The notes: generated by a model from the sequence alone, not told the origin. Positions 26,307 to 44,323 are shown, numbered from the stretch's first letter. The stretch: DNA of 64,000 nucleotides from Octopus vulgaris (GCA_951406725.2 OX597824.1:73160001-73224000), one strand, 5' to 3'. Program-made: numbers and translations.

Positions 26307-26535
26307 CCTATTTCTTTACTACCCACAAGGGGCTAAACACAGAGAGGACAAACAAGGACAGACGGACGGATTAAGTCGATTATATCGACCCAGTGCGTAA
26401 CTGGTACTTATTTAATCGACCCCGAAAGGATGAAAGACAAAGTTGACCTCGGCGGAATTTGAACTCAGAACGTAATGGCAGACGAAATACTGCTAAGCAT
26501 TTCGTCCGGCGTGCTAACGATTCTGCCAGCTCGCC
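26307..26535 (-). mobile_element. SINE family A inserted antisense into an older family A copy (~26245-26625 +)
   Basis: TSD CGATAAGTACC at 26298-26308 and 26535-26545. Confidence 0.9.
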
Positions 26536-26968
26536 GATAAGTACCAGTTGAGCATTGGCGTCCGTGTATTCGACTTAACACCTGCTACAGAATTGCCGGC
26601 CTTGCGCCAAAATTTGAAACCTCAATTTGTTGATGAGGCATTGTATCATATCATAAATTATGACCTTCGGGGAAAAGGGTGGATTGAACCAAACAGTATC
26701 AAAATCAACACCTGATGTTGATTTTGATAAGTATGAGAGCGTGGTTTACTTAATTGTATTTCTGAATAGCGTACAACTCAGTTACTACAAAACAACAACA
26801 ACAAAATAAACAGCGCCTAGCGCCAAAGTGAAAATTTCATTTCGTTCTATCCACCGGACAGTTTACGAAGTTATTTCTGAATGACATATAAGCGCGCGCG
26901 TGTGTATGTGTGATATCTTCATAACTACAAACAATCACATAGATCTATGCATGTATGTGAGTACATAA

Positions 26969-27015
<47 letters not shown>

Positions 27016-27254
27016 TATATATATATGTATGTATGTATGTATCTATGTATGTAAGCATGTATATTCTGTATGCATAAATATATATGCGGTGGTGCATAGG
27101 ATGAAATATAGGCAAATACATTCATAGATGCACATACACACGCATACACACACACATAAACATAGACGCGTGTATATTTGTATATATATGTGTACATATA
27201 TTAGCGAATACATTTATTTACACTTAATGCATAGGTTCATACATAAGGCAAGCA

Positions 27255-27297
<43 letters not shown>

Positions 27298-27371
27298 TGA
27301 TAAGTAAAAAAGTGTATACTTGGTGTAGAAAGATTGAAAATGAAAGACAGGGAGATGGGGAGAGGGGGAGA

Positions 27372-27417
<46 letters not shown>

Positions 27418-27755
27418 TGAAGAAGAAGAAGTGTGATGGTGGTCGTAGTGTGGTGGTGGAGGTGCTGTTGTGGTGGTGTTGGTGGTGCTGTTGTAGTGAT
27501 GGTGGTGGTGGTGGTGGTGGTTATGGTGGTGGCGCACGGCGGCGATGGTAGTGGTGGCGGTGGTGGTGGTGGTGGTGGTGGTGGTGGTGGTGGTGGTGGT
27601 GGGAGAATGCTATAACACGCAGTGAGCGGGGCATGTTTGACTAAGGACTGGTGTTTTTTAACGATTTCAAGCGCTTGCTATGACATGTTTACGAGTAAAC
27701 TGGTTTTGTTAGATGACAGGAGTAGTTCAGAGAAATTGATAACAACAACAACAAC

Positions 27756-27817
<62 letters not shown>

Positions 27818-28599
27818 TATTAATAATAATATGTGCACCAATAAAACTGTTTGAAATAATTAATAAAAGTGAGACAAATACACACATATACACACACTCA
27901 CACACATAGAAATAGATATATATATATATACACACTCATACGTAATCCACATATACAAAAATCAAACAAAGAAGGAAACAAACAAAGCTATATATATTAA
28001 TATATTTGTAGATAAAAAAATCAAAATCAATAGAGAAATGAGGGTAACAAAATGATAAGCTGAAAGCAAAGCAGTAATAACATGTAAAGAGTGACCAGAA
28101 CGAGGCTGATACGCCATATCGCTTACACTACGCTCCAACCGGGTAACTGATACATGGTCTGTAGAGATAGCAGCCAAAACTCCTTCAAATCAATTGACGT
28201 GCTTCAAAAAAATGATATTGTTAGAATAGGTAGTCCTAGATGTACACTCTGTTGGAATTTTTTAAATTGGATGGTCTCGACTGGAACGCCTTTGATTGTA
28301 ATCAGCTTGATAAAGGATGATTTGCGTTAAAAGAAAAACAAGCTCAACAATGACAACAACAATAACAAAAGCAATAATAATAATAATAATAATAATAATA
28401 GGCAAGAGGCGATACAGAGTTAGTTGATCATATATATCTAGTGAATGGGAAATGTAAGAAGAAAATTAATGTTTAAATTATATATAATGATAGAAATCAC
28501 TTATATGAACTAAAGGTGTGTTTCTGCCAATGTTTACATCGGTACGCACGCTCTATAACCGTGTATACAAGGGGCATTTTTAGAAAAAAAAATATTTCA

Positions 28600-28960
28600 G
28601 AATTACAGAGAAGACAGAATTCCTTGCCCTTGTCATAAGGTATCGAGATTGAGGGAATCAACCAACCTAAATATTAAATTGTTTATTGTGGTCTTTTAGT
28701 TCCCAAATTAATTTACTAAGCCCTGTGCTGTTACGTTTATTCCTATTCCTAAATGTAGAGTAATGATTAGAAATTCTTTTAGATAACTGGGAACATGTGC
28801 TTCTTATATAAAAATATACTTCATTACGAGTAGTAATTTTACACTGGTATATAGAATTTTTAATTTTAGAGTTACTTGACATAAAGGAGTTACAACTTTT
28901 TACTTGATTTTTTGCTACCCTGGTAACTATTTGTCTATTTTTCCGTGTTAATTGTTGACA
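28600..28960 (-). mobile_element. Penelope-like GIY-YIG endonuclease fragment
   Basis: NSIYQCKI...YFYI.ST...KRISNH..TFRN...NSTGLSKLIWELKD. Confidence 0.75.
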
Positions 28961-28977
28961 AGGGAAAAATACACACA

Positions 28978-29012
<35 letters not shown>

Positions 29013-29202
29013 GACAAGAACGAAAAACATCTAGACAGACGGTAAAAAGAAAACAAGGACGGGTCAAACAAATCCACTGACATGCTTTTGGTTGACCCAA
29101 GGCTATAGTAGAAGACACTTGCCCAAGGTGCCGCGCATTGGGACTGAACCCGGAACAATGTGGTTGGGAAGCAAGCTTCTTAGCAAACAGCTACGCCCGC
29201 GC

Positions 29203-29280
<78 letters not shown>

Positions 29281-29283
29281 CTT

Positions 29284-29612
29284 AAGACCCCCTTCGGTCA
29301 TGAGTGACCGTGGGTTTGCACCTAGAGAGTTACCCTCTGAGGCACAAGTCTGGGCAAGGTTGTTTTTTTATGGAAGACCAGTAGTCGCCCATGCATACCG
29401 GCCTCCCCTCTCCACGCCACCAGTGTTATCCAAGGGAAAGACAAAGGTCGATATAGCTTGGCACCTGTGACGTCGCAACTCATTTCTACAGCTGAGTGAA
29501 CTGGAGCAACGTGAAATAAAGTGTCTTGCTCAAGAACACAACACGCAGCCCGGTCCGGGATTCGAGCTCACAACCTCACGATCGTAAGCTCGACGCTCTA
29601 ACCACTGAGCCA
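29284..29612 (-). mobile_element. SINE family D, well preserved
   Basis: Minus strand TGGCTCAGTGGTTAGAGCG box A, GAGCTCGAATCCC box B, core and tail as 24844 copy. Confidence 0.88.
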
Positions 29613-29746
29613 TATACACGCATATATATATATGTATATATATATATATAGGTAAGTATATATATGCATATATATATATGCATATATATGCATATATATG
29701 CATATATATACATATATATATATGCATATATATACTTACCTATATA

Positions 29747-29790
<44 letters not shown>

Positions 29791-29826
29791 TATATATACA
29801 TATATATATATGCATATATATACTTA

Positions 29827-29871
<45 letters not shown>

Positions 29872-29879
29872 CAAATGTA

Positions 29880-29929
<50 letters not shown>

Positions 29930-29933
29930 TATA

Positions 29934-30321
29934 TCTCTATATATATAAAGCTGAAGTTGTCTGTGTATGGCAGGATTGGTAGCCTTCAACTAACACTATC
30001 TCCTGCGAGACCCTGCGGCGCAAGTTGACCAAAATTGAGAGTATGATAGAAGGCTTGCTCTTCCTTCCGTAGAAGAAAAAAATTCAAATCGGACCATGTT
30101 AACACAAAAAATTATTTACATCAAAAGGTACTTTTTTCTATGAAAATCCCTATTTCTTATGAATTTTTCACTGCTATGTCGCCATTTTTCGGTGTATTTC
30201 AACTAGAAAACTGTTCACTTAAAACGAATAACAAGCTACATAATGGAAAATTTTTACTTTTCAAAAATTCCAATTCTAGAGGGTCGAAACAAACCCGTGC
30301 AACACTGAGCGATACTGCTAG
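29934..30321 (+). mobile_element. Non-autonomous Helitron-like element
   Basis: A|TC start in (TA)n, 3' AAACCCGTGCAACACTGAGCGATACTGCTAG|T homologous to the 6079 end. Confidence 0.7.
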
Positions 30322-30354
30322 TATATATATATATACATATATATACATATACAG

Positions 30355-30425
<71 letters not shown>

Positions 30426-30547
30426 CAGACACATATATGCACATATATACACATATGTACATACATATACATATATATATACACATATATATACATATAT
30501 ATATATATATACATACATACATTACATATATATATATACATACACAC

Positions 30548-30717
<170 letters not shown>

Positions 30718-30734
30718 CATTGAAATACAGTTTC

Positions 30735-31500
30735 TTGAAAATTTATCCATTTAGACATTGCGGAATTTTATCAATCTATAAGTAAACCTCTCATCCTAAA
30801 AGCCCCGGATTGTGGAAACAATTTATCAAAATGTAGACATTAAGATAATTAATAATGAACGCCAAGGAATCATTATTATACTACTGCAATTTCTATTGTT
30901 CGACACCCTGATGGAGAGCTATGGAGGTAACTGAACACATGAGTTTGTTCATTTTTGACTCTTCTGGAAAACAGTCTTCCCACCGCCACTCCAGTACTCA
31001 GGACTGTACTGAAATGATGGACTAACAACCCTCCGAAATATAAATAACCATGTCATAAACATATTTAGAAAGAACTTGGTAGATGTATTCGAGGAGTTTG
31101 GCTTAAGTGTAACTTAGTACCAGGCTAACGATAGCTAACTTTCCACTATATTAGATTTTGTCATATGTAAGCACAACACACTTATGAAACGAAATAGACA
31201 GAATGTAAAGATGCAAATATTTCCAGTTATCCCCATTTATATCAAGAAACCTGGTGACTGGGTGAGGAGTAGGAGACTTAACAATCAATCCTCGGACAGG
31301 GATATTTTCGATAGAGCATATTCCCTCCCGTTACAAGTTGCTAGCCAGAAAAGGGCTTCAGCGAGAAGAGTGTTTATACGAAGGACACCACCTACTGCTC
31401 CATATCGAAAAAGTGTTAAGAAGAGGAAAGCAATCTTGTGGTTGTATCCTCTATTTATGAAGGACATCTTTATGAGCACATAATACACATGTGTGAGAAA
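30735..31500 (+). mobile_element. Degenerate Penelope-like reverse transcriptase fragment
   Basis: [14 protein letters not shown] (cf. FDI.EFYPSIS), MESYGG (cf. MGSYDG), GLY*NDGL (cf. YRDDGL), RKAILWLYPLF (cf. RNIIWFNPPF). Confidence 0.7.
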
Positions 31501-31520
31501 TTCAGTACTAAACGAGCGAA

Positions 31521-31521
<1 letters not shown>

Positions 31522-31583
<62 letters not shown>

Positions 31584-31685
31584 AAGAAGGAGAAGAAGAA
31601 GAAGAAGAAGAAGAAGAAGAAGAAGAAGAAGAAGAAGAAGAAGAAGAAGAAGAAGAAGAAGAAGAAGAAGAAGAAGAAGAAGAAG
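31522..31685. repeat. (AAT)n followed by (GAA)n
   Basis: Direct reading. Confidence 0.95.
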
Positions 31686-31718
31686 GTCACGTGCAGAAGT
31701 AGTGGGGGAGCAATGCCC

Positions 31719-33900
<2,182 letters not shown>

Positions 33901-34722
33901 AGTCTAGATATGGGATACAGATCGTGATGAAAGAGACTGAGGTGGTAGAGAACACTCTGAATATGATAGAGGGATAGATACAATGTAGAACTCACGCACA
34001 GGACTGGGACAGAACAAATAGGTGTCCTAAGTGAATAGCGAAAGCAGATGAAATAGTGCGATCAAAGTATTTAGCAAAATTAGAGAAGAGCGTGCGACTA
34101 AAACAGCTGGGTTTAATGAGTCAATGCATATGGACAACATAGGCGATAGATGAGCAAAGAAGCTATGCTAAAGAATGCTATGGAAAAAGGAGCCAACCGG
34201 GAGAATAACCTTTCCTTGGGTGTCCTTGCTGATGTAAGACAGAATCGTGCAATGTGGATAAATACTAACTGGTAATTTTCTTTTTCAGTTTTTATTTATT
34301 TATTTTCATAAGGTGAGTTATAGAAGTAATATGGTGTGTAAATTAAGGAAAACGGGGAAACAGAATCTGAATGATGCTACAAGTGTTGGAAGGCGTATAG
34401 ATGGATTTAAAGGAGGCGCTTATGTTCTCAAGCGACATTGCAACGACAAAGTGACATCCTGGTCTTATTCTGACTTGACTAAAAAAAAGTTGTAGGGGGG
34501 TGGTTTCTAGTTGTCTATTTGATTGTCTTGGAAAAACAATATGGTGTGGATATATAAGACAAAGGAAGAGCCTAAAATCTGAAGGGTATATATGATGATG
34601 AGGGTACTGTTTCAAGATGCCGGAATCATTGTGAACTGCCGTCGATAGCTAATGGAGGAAGTGATCCGCAGTGTAATCTACATGTAAAATATAAGTGTGT
34701 ATGTGTATGAAAGAGAGAGTGT

Positions 34723-34753
<31 letters not shown>

Positions 34754-34785
34754 CAGTATAGTGTAATGTAGTGTATGCAACATGT

Positions 34786-35150
34786 GGAGGCGCAATGGCC
34801 CAGTGGTTAGGGCAGCGGACTCGCGGTCGTAGGATCGCGGTTTCGATTCCCAGACCGGGCGTTGTGAGTGTTTATTGAGCGAAAACACCTAAAGCTCCAC
34901 GAGGCTCCGGCAGGGATGGTGGTGATCCCTGCTGTACTCTTTCACCACAACTTTCTCTCACTCTTACTTCCTGTTTCTGTTGTACCTGTATTTCAAAGGG
35001 CCGGCCTTGTCACTCTTTGTGTCACGCTGAATATCCCCGAGAACTGCGTTAAGGGTACACGTGTCTGTGGAGTGCTCAGCCACTTACACGTTAATTTCAC
35101 GAGCAGGCTGTTCCGTTGATCGGATCAACCGGAACCCTCGTCGTCGTAAC
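34786..35150 (+). mobile_element. SINE family C (tRNA-derived)
   Basis: TGGCCCAGTGGTTAGGGCAGCGGAC box A, GGTTTCGATTCCC box B; second copy 63857-64000. Confidence 0.88.
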
Positions 35151-35449
35151 ACTAAGTGTATACAACACATTCACGCCCACTCACTACACAAAGGACATAC
35201 ACAAACACGCAAGTGCATCATGGTAACGCGATGATAGCTTTTAAAATCACCTACTTATAATCCTCACTAAATAGGTTTATTATTTTGTGATAAAAATGAT
35301 GTCTAACAACGACAACGTTATGGTTATTCGTTGTACATCTGTTATCTACACACTGACATTACTATATATGCACACATATACACATTATACACACATCATG
35401 CATGCATACATACCATGCACATATATACAAACATATATATTTACATATG

Positions 35450-35690
35450 TGGAGGCGCGTGGCTTAGTGATTAGGGTGTTAGCACCATGATCGTAAGATT
35501 GTGGTTTTGATTCCTGGACCGTTGTGTTCTTGAGCAAAACACTTCATTTCACGTTGCTCCAGTCCACTCAGCTTGCAAAAATGAGTAACGCTGCGATGGA
35601 CTGGCGTCCCGTCCAGCTGGGGAACACATACGCCATAGAAACCGGGAAAACTGGGCCCATGAGCCTGGCTAGGCTTTAAAAGGGAGCATT
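35450..35690 (+). mobile_element. SINE family D variant with different tail (relative at ~47038-47250)
   Basis: Head and TTCTTGAGCAAAACACTTCATTTCACGTTGCTCCAG core shared with family D. Confidence 0.8.
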
Positions 35691-35984
35691 TATTTTTTTC
35701 ATTTTATATTTACATACACACACACACACACACACGTATTCATATGGCCATAGTGCATACGTGTGAGTGTGTATATGTATGTGTGTGTGTGTGTGTATGT
35801 GTGTGTGTGTATGTGTGTGTGTATGTGTGTGTGTGTGTATGTGTGTGTGTGTGTATGTGTGTGTGTGTATGTGTATGTGTGTGTGTGTGCGTGTGTGTGT
35901 GTGTGTATACATGGTCATCGAGCCAACTTTGACGATTTTTTTGTTTCCTTTTTTTAGGAACGGTTTCGTGTATTGTTGAACAGC

Positions 35985-36690
35985 ATTGGAAAGCATAAAG
36001 ATTAAAGTTGCAGCTGAGAAAAAGTTCACTGACATGAAGGACTGAAAGCCTTCTGAAAATTGAAAAGGTGTTAACTGTACCGTGATGGTTTGTACCGGGT
36101 TTTAAAACGCCAACACCATCACTGCTGCTCAATACTCTTTGAACATTGTAAAGGCTGTAAATCGTGACGTGGACGTCATGATAACCAAGTTTCACCAAAC
36201 TGCGATGCCCTTTGGGTGTGTCTCCAAAGAGGGTAACATCATGTCACCTCACACATTTGAACAGGGCCTTAGGCTCAATTCAGACAACTATGCGAAACTG
36301 ACGGAGACTAATCAAACCCTGACTGGAGATGGTCGCTGCCGGAAGGTCATATATATATATATATGGCGGCCGGATTCAGTACCTTGCCATACTTTAGGAT
36401 GAGTCAGAAATGGTTATCAGAGAATTTCTACGACTACATCAGCCCCAATTTCAGGTTTTCTTATGCTCTCTACTGCCTGGAAGACGAGGACCGAGCTGTT
36501 GGTTAATGAGGTGTTCGAAACTCTTCCCAGAGACATGCCATGTTCTAGAGGCGTCTTGAAGTCATGGTGGAAGCCGAGGGCGGCTATTTTGTGTAAACTG
36601 TTATCTCCCAGGCACGATCTAGTTGATCTTTTTTGATTTTTTAAAAATGCTTTCATTTTTGGATCAGATATTGTTTCATTTTCCTTTTAT
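35985..36690 (+). mobile_element. Degenerate Tc1/maT-type transposase
   Basis: TKF...FGCVSKEGNIMSPHTFEQGLRLNSDNY...W..DSVPCHT resembles maT/DD37D motifs. Confidence 0.7.
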
Positions 36691-36724
36691 GCAAACTGCC
36701 AAATTCAGCTTGTATATACTGTAT

Positions 36725-37295
36725 ATATACAAAATCCTTGGCATCAAATGGCAGAATCGTGTCCCCAACAAAGATGTCCTCAAGCAAGCAGGAATACCAA
36801 GCATGTTTGCACTCCTCACACAAAGACGTATCAGATAGCTTGGACATGTTAGTCGTATACAAAGATGACAGAATCCCCAAGGACATACTCTACGGAGAGC
36901 TTGCTGGGGGCACTATGTCTGTGGGAATACTGTTCTTACGATACAGAGATGTTTGCAAAAGGGACATGAAGGTCTGCGGCATCAATATTAGCAACTGGGA
37001 AGCAGTTGCCAGCAACCGTGGAGGTTGGAGACGTACCGTAAAAGAGGGAAGACATAGGAGTGACATAGAGAGAGAGGAGAAATGGAAAGACAAGAAAAGA
37101 CGTCAACAAGAAACTATGACATTACAACCAGCCAGGCAAAGTCTTCGCTACATTTGCGGCACCTGCCAGAGGGAGTGTTTGTCCAGGATAGGACTACACA
37201 GCCACAGCAGATGTATTAGGACATGAAATGTAAAAACCGGACTAGATTATTTTATGCGCAACTCCATTTTCTCCCGAGACAAACAGGATGCCAAA
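36725..37295 (+). mobile_element. RTE-clade LINE 3' end
   Basis: KILGIKWQNRVPN..VL.QAGIPSM, DDRIPKDILYGELA, LRYRDVCKRDMK, C..C.R.CLSRIGLHSH; short 3' UTR ending GAGACAAACAGGATGCCAA. Confidence 0.9.
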
Positions 37296-37437
37296 TAAAA
37301 TACTGTATATAAGGCCTCATGAGAGGACTTGGTAGAAGGAAACTGAGAGAAGCCCGTCGCGTAAGTGCGTGCGTGTGTTGCGTGTGTTGCGTGTGTATGT
37401 GTGCGCGCGCGCTCGACACCGCTTGACAACCGGTATA

Positions 37438-37850
37438 GGCGAGCTGGCAGAAACGTTAGCACGCCTGGCGAAATGCTTAGCGGTATTTCGTCTGCGTTAC
37501 GTTGTGAGTTCAAATTCCGCCGAGGTCGACTTTGCCTTTCATCCTTTCGGGGTCGATTAAATAAGTACCAGTTGCGCACTGGGGTCGATATAATCGACTT
37601 AATCCGTTTGTCTGTCCGTGTTTGTTCTCTCTATGTTTAGCCCCTTGTGGGTAGTAAAGAAAAAGGTATTTCGTCTGTCGTTACGTTGTGAATTCAAATT
37701 CCGCCGAGGTCGACTTTGCCTTTCATCCTTTCGGGGTCGATAAATTAAGTACCAGTTTCGTACTGGGGTCGATGTAATCGACTTAATACCTATGTCTGTC
37801 CTTGTTTGTCCCCTCTGTGTTTGGCCCCTTGTGGGTAATAAAGAAATAGG
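37438..37850 (+). mobile_element. Dimeric SINE family A inserted in a family B SINE (~37310-38015)
   Basis: Two tandem A bodies; family B sequence resumes on both sides. Confidence 0.88.
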
Positions 37851-38146
37851 TATTGTTATGTTTACGTTCCCGTAAGCTAGTGGTTCAGCAAAAGGATCCG
37901 ACAGAAAAAATACGAGGTTTTAAGAAAGTAAGTACTGAGGTCGATTCGTTCAACTAAAATACTCCAAAGTGATGCTCCAGCATGGCTGTAGTCTTATGAC
38001 TGAAACAGGTGAAAGATAAAAGATTATACGTGTGTGTGCGTGTATGTGTATGTGTGTGTGCGTGTGTGTGTTCGCGTGTGTGTGTGTGTGTGAGAGAGAG
38101 TAACATACATACATACATACATACATATATATGCATATGGACATAT

Positions 38147-38213
<67 letters not shown>

Positions 38214-38341
38214 TAAAACAAAACGCACACACATCACCACCAGCACCTATTGTCACCAGCAACGTCAGTCACAGCAATAGCAGCAGCGGTAGAAGCAGCA
38301 GCAGGAGCAGCAGCAGCAGTAGCAGCATCAGCAGTAGCAGC

Positions 38342-38418
<77 letters not shown>

Positions 38419-39019
38419 CAGCAGCAGCAAAACAATAATAACAGCAGCAGCACCACCACCCTCGCCGCCATGGCTTCGCTTGGAAGCTCTGTGGTGTGTT
38501 CACCACATAGATGAAAAAGAAATAGAACTTGAAAAACTATAAGGAAGAAGCAAAACGAAAAATGAAAAGAAAAGAAAATGGCAGAGAATGAGAAGATGAA
38601 TGAAAGATAGCAGAAAAGAGAAAAAATCTTATATGAGATAACGAACGAATCAAGAAAGTTTTCGTATTATGTGCCTTGTGTTTTATCAATCGACGAAAGT
38701 GTCCTGTACGGGGAAACACACGTAACAACTTCAGGCTTGGAAATTGGAAAACGGTCGCACGTAAACACACGCATATACACACACGCTCCAGCACACACAC
38801 ACACGCACACACAAACACACACACACACATACACACACAGTGATTTATTTTTTCATCAAAGGTACAAATATTTAGCACATCCTAACATATACACGCAGGA
38901 CACACATATACACGCAGGACACACATATACACGCAGGACACACATATACACGCACACATGCACTCATAGACATTAGTCAGTGGCTACCTATACATACATA
39001 CACACAAACACACACACAC

Positions 39020-39158
39020 ATACATACATACATACATACATACATACATACATACATACATACATACATACATACATACATACATACATACATACATACA
39101 TACATACATACATACATACATACATACATACATACATACATACATACATACATACATA
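39020..39158. repeat. (TACA)n microsatellite upstream of the CDKL exon
   Basis: Direct reading. Confidence 0.95.
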
Positions 39159-39323
39159 CTTGATAAATATTTGAGTCAAAGTTACGAAAAATAATGATAG
39201 ATTCATAATGAAACGGGAAGAAAAGACCTAAAGGTCTTTTTCACTTCCCAATAAAAAAAATAAAGCCTGAAGCAACATACAAACAAATACAAATATAAAT
39301 ATATATACATATATATATACACA

Positions 39324-39366
<43 letters not shown>

Positions 39367-39399
39367 TACCTACATATATATATATATATATATATGTGA

Positions 39400-39624
<225 letters not shown>

Positions 39625-39897
39625 TGAAGTGTTTGATGATGATGATGATGATGATGAAGGCAGTGGTGGTGGAGGTGAAAGCGGTGGTAACAATGATAGT
39701 GATGGTGGTGATGGTGGTGACGTTAGCCCTTTTTTGTTTTTGTTATTCCTTTGTTTTGTTTTTTTTTTGTTTTTCTCTAGTACAGTACATATTTGTTAAC
39801 TTTTGCAAGAAAATGGTTGACAGTAGCTTCTAAGTGTCAGCTTAGATACATGTGATTGTCTATGTTTCAATAGAACAAATATGCGTGTTCGTAGGTG

Positions 39898-39940
<43 letters not shown>

Positions 39941-39954
39941 ATAGTGTGTGTCTT

Positions 39955-40160
39955 TTATTCTTTTACTTGTTTCAATCATTTGACTGCGGCCACGCTGGAA
40001 CACCGCCTTAAAGGGTTTTAGTCGAACAAATCAACCCCAGGACGTTTTCTTTGTAAGCCTAGTACTTATTCTATCGGACTATTTTGCCGAACCGCTAACT
40101 TACGAGGACCAAAACACACCAGCATAGGCTGACAAGCGATGTGGGGGCAAATACAGCCCT

Positions 40161-40196
<36 letters not shown>

Positions 40197-40246
40197 GATG
40201 GGCTTCTTTCAGTTTCCGCCTATCAAATCCACTCACAAGGCTTTGG

Positions 40247-40250
<4 letters not shown>
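39955..40250 (-). mobile_element. SINE family B, 5'-truncated
   Basis: Consensus match. Confidence 0.85.
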
Positions 40251-40289
<39 letters not shown>

Positions 40290-40632
40290 TATACATATAC
40301 ATATATATATAATATACACATACATATACACAATGCCATTTATGGAATTTTGGTTTACTGTCGGGTAACTTTTGGCCAACCCTGTATATGTGTGTGCGTG
40401 GGGAGGTATGTATATATGTATGACTTGCTGAACACCCTCTGCAACGACAGGAAAAACTCAGAGCAACAAAAGATTGAATTGACTAAAACTGAATCTATAA
40501 TCTTTACCATGGTGTCGTGCACTCTTTCTGCAGACAGTCAATCAAATATACATACATACATACATACATACATACATACATACATACATACATACATACA
40601 TACATACATACATACATACATACATACATGTG

Positions 40633-40677
<45 letters not shown>

Positions 40678-41504
40678 CCCAAACGACCTCAACATTAGTT
40701 TCAGAATTAATTCATCCAAGGCTAGGACCATAGGCCATATGTTCCCTATCCAATTCAGGATCATAACACATAAATACACTGCAACAAAATTTTTCAACAT
40801 GTTTTATCCTAATTAACATTGTCCCAAAACTGATCAAAGAGGAAAAGGATCCCATCACATTTGAAGGAAATCTAGACAAACTTCTTCAGGTGGTGCTATT
40901 AAGTTAGACATGGCCCGGACCAATCTTTGGTCGAAACATATCTAAGTTATATATATATATAGATATACATATTCTATTGTTACTTATATTTATAATCATA
41001 TAACATTTTCTCTGTTTTCTCATTTTTTCTTGTCTGTATTGTCATACACATTCGCTCACTTTCTTCCAAAAATTTAATGTTATTTGATTAGATTTTTTTG
41101 GGCCAACCAATTTTGAACAGTCGCTAGTGTAACAGACTAAAACTGTAATGATAATTGGAAACTTGACTGATGAATAGAAGACCACGCATGATCCATTCTG
41201 GTTATTCCTGTCCGTTTCTGTATCGTCTATCTGTGTGTATGTTTTTATTGCCGTTCGTTACGCTCTCATTCCGTTTTTTGGATTTGTGTATGTGTGTGTG
41301 TATTAGGGGTAGGACAGGATTTCGACCATGGGGTAACGGGTTTCGGGTTCACCATTGGCCATCAAATTTTCGATAAGCATAAAATTAAAATAAATCTTAG
41401 ATAATGACTATATTTGCATGGAGTTGCGGGTAACGGGGACGGTTTTGTTTGAACCTGTTGACCCCACTGGCTACAGCTATGCGTATGTGTGTATGCGCAT
41501 GTAT

Positions 41505-41571
<67 letters not shown>

Positions 41572-41802
41572 CAAGAGAGAGAAAGGAAATAGAAAGAGAG
41601 GGAGAAAACGTACGTAAACAAATTTTATTATCAACAACAGCCTGCGAACAAAACCTGTTGACAAGCCGACTATCAACAACAAACCTATCTATATATAGAT
41701 AGGTTTATATATATAAACCTATCTATATATGTATGTATGTATGTATATATATATACGCATTTTTTTCTCTCTTTTTTTCTCTTCTTGTTTCTTTTCTGTG
41801 TA

Positions 41803-41840
41803 TCTTTCTGTCGAAGAGCGTAGGCTCGAAACGTAAAAGA
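41803..41840 (+). ncRNA. Minimal type I hammerhead motif, CUGUCGA core, in a PLE-like terminal repeat (~41755-41937)
   Basis: TCTTT-CTGTCGA-A-GAGC-GTAG-GCTC-GAAA-C-GTA-AAAGA: 5-bp stem I, 4-bp stem II, palindromic ACGT stem III, GUA site after 41835. Confidence 0.7.
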
Positions 41841-41936
41841 CTTGTTCTATTTCTATTCCTGAGCGCCATACTAATACATTTGCTTGTTTGTACTCCACCT
41901 GCCTTCGTCTTTTGTTTATTTTCGTAAACCTTCCCG

Positions 41937-42795
<859 letters not shown>

Positions 42796-43074
42796 TCGCA
42801 TTGTTACGGTTTCAGTTCAATGACTAGGAACCGGCGAAAGAAATGAATAAAAGAATAATTAATGATTGTTACTGTAATGATTGAATATTGTGGACATGAA
42901 TGTTCATTCCTATTCTCTTACTAATACACGCTTCATTTAGTTATCTTTACATTTATTTATTTACCAATGTAGTCTACCTCGTCGTCATCATCGTCATCTT
43001 CATTATTGTAATCATTCTTATTATTATTGCTATAAAATCTATTACATGCTGTATAATCAGGAATATTGTCTTAG

Positions 43075-43950
43075 AATTTGGTAACAAGTCTCCTTAAATT
43101 TCAAGAGTCTTTAGTATTCTTGTAGAATACAGGATTGCACTTTTCAGTACAGGCCGCCAATATGTATACTAGTTCCAATATCCTTCAGCCTCTTATGTAG
43201 TAGTGTTAATGTTGTGTTAAATACACCAATTACCACAAGAACAATTTTCGCCCTTGTCTTCCACAATTCATCACTTTGTCTAGGTCCGTATGTTTCTTAA
43301 TTTTCTCAATTTCTTTGGTATCCCATTCTATTATCGTTATGGTATAAGCAAAGTCTTTCATCTTACACTTTGTTTTATTTATTCTCTATAACCATACCTG
43401 GTATTCTTGAATTGTCAGTATTTATTGGAAAATCCCATAAAACCCTGTAATTTTTATTCTCTGTCACAACCTCTGGCGCGTGTTTTTTCACACCATTTTT
43501 TCTGCTACTTTGAATCTACACACTCAGTTGGTATCCCAATGTACTCTTTTACCTATGTAGTCACGCCAGCGCTTGTATTCTTATCGTGCTAGGCATTCTC
43601 ATTCACTCAAGATACTGTTAATATTTTCGTCTTCTTTTCCACAGATTCTGTATTTCCTCTCTGACTTGTATCAATCTTTATCGTTGATATATTCTGTCTT
43701 ACGTCTTCTTCCTGAGTAGCTATTATTAGCGATTCGGTTTCTCATATCAGGTTTCTGCCCTTCAACCGCAACGAACGTGCTTTACTTCCAAAATCCTCGG
43801 TATATTGCATGAATTGGCATTGTAATTCCTTCTCTTTCCAGCTACTCGTTATGGTTTTCTTCATTCTATTCTTGAATTCTCCTACTGTTTCAGTATCTTT
43901 TTTTCCAGCCGCAGATAATATTCATTCTTTGTAACGTAAAACACTTTTTC
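43075..43950 (-). mobile_element. Degenerate R4/Dong-like LINE 3' coding end
   Basis: Minus strand ends LKSAILYSTRILKTLEI*, preceded by VIGVFNT (cf. IGALG). Confidence 0.6.
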
Positions 43951-44323
43951 AAACCCAATATCGCAATACTAACAATGTCTTCTACGTTTAATTATTCTTC
44001 ACCTCCTTCGTTTCTTGAATAGGTAGAGCCTGTCACTATTACTTACTTAGGGTTTTGCGCGATCTACGTTCTATGGCCCTGTCGTCCGTTTTATAGAGGT
44101 TTAGATAGAGTATGTATCAGGGTTGCGGAGTCATCTAAAGGTTGACTCCTTCAGAAGGCTGTAATATCATTTGATAGGAACAGGGTACATAGAACAAGGC
44201 TGTAACTTTAAATATCTTTAATGTCAGCCTCACACATATATATAAGTTGAATGATACATGGAAGGAGTTTGATGCGTGGAGGCCATGATCTTCTGCGCAT
44301 TACCTCATGTCTGCTATTCGCGG

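Noticed and set aside
28510-28555. Degenerate hammerhead-like CCGATGT...GAAAC downstream of the GIY-YIG fragment
   Set aside because: Too many core and stem mismatches
34786-34860. tRNA-like sequences here and at 63857, 29540-29612 and 18735
   Set aside because: Continue into multi-copy SINE bodies and lack a clean acceptor stem
38326-38514. Palindromic Kozak GCCATGGC giving MASLGSSVVCSPHR* (+) and MAARVVVLLLLLLFCCCC... (-); also a weak X-box resemblance
   Set aside because: Minus frame runs into poly-Tyr microsatellite and stops; plus frame is 14 codons; X-box matches only 10/14. Could still be CDKL 5' UTR/uORF but unsupported
41422-41435. GTTGCGGGTAAC zero-spacer X-box
   Set aside because: Lies in a probable small DNA-transposon relic with repeated GGGTAACGGG
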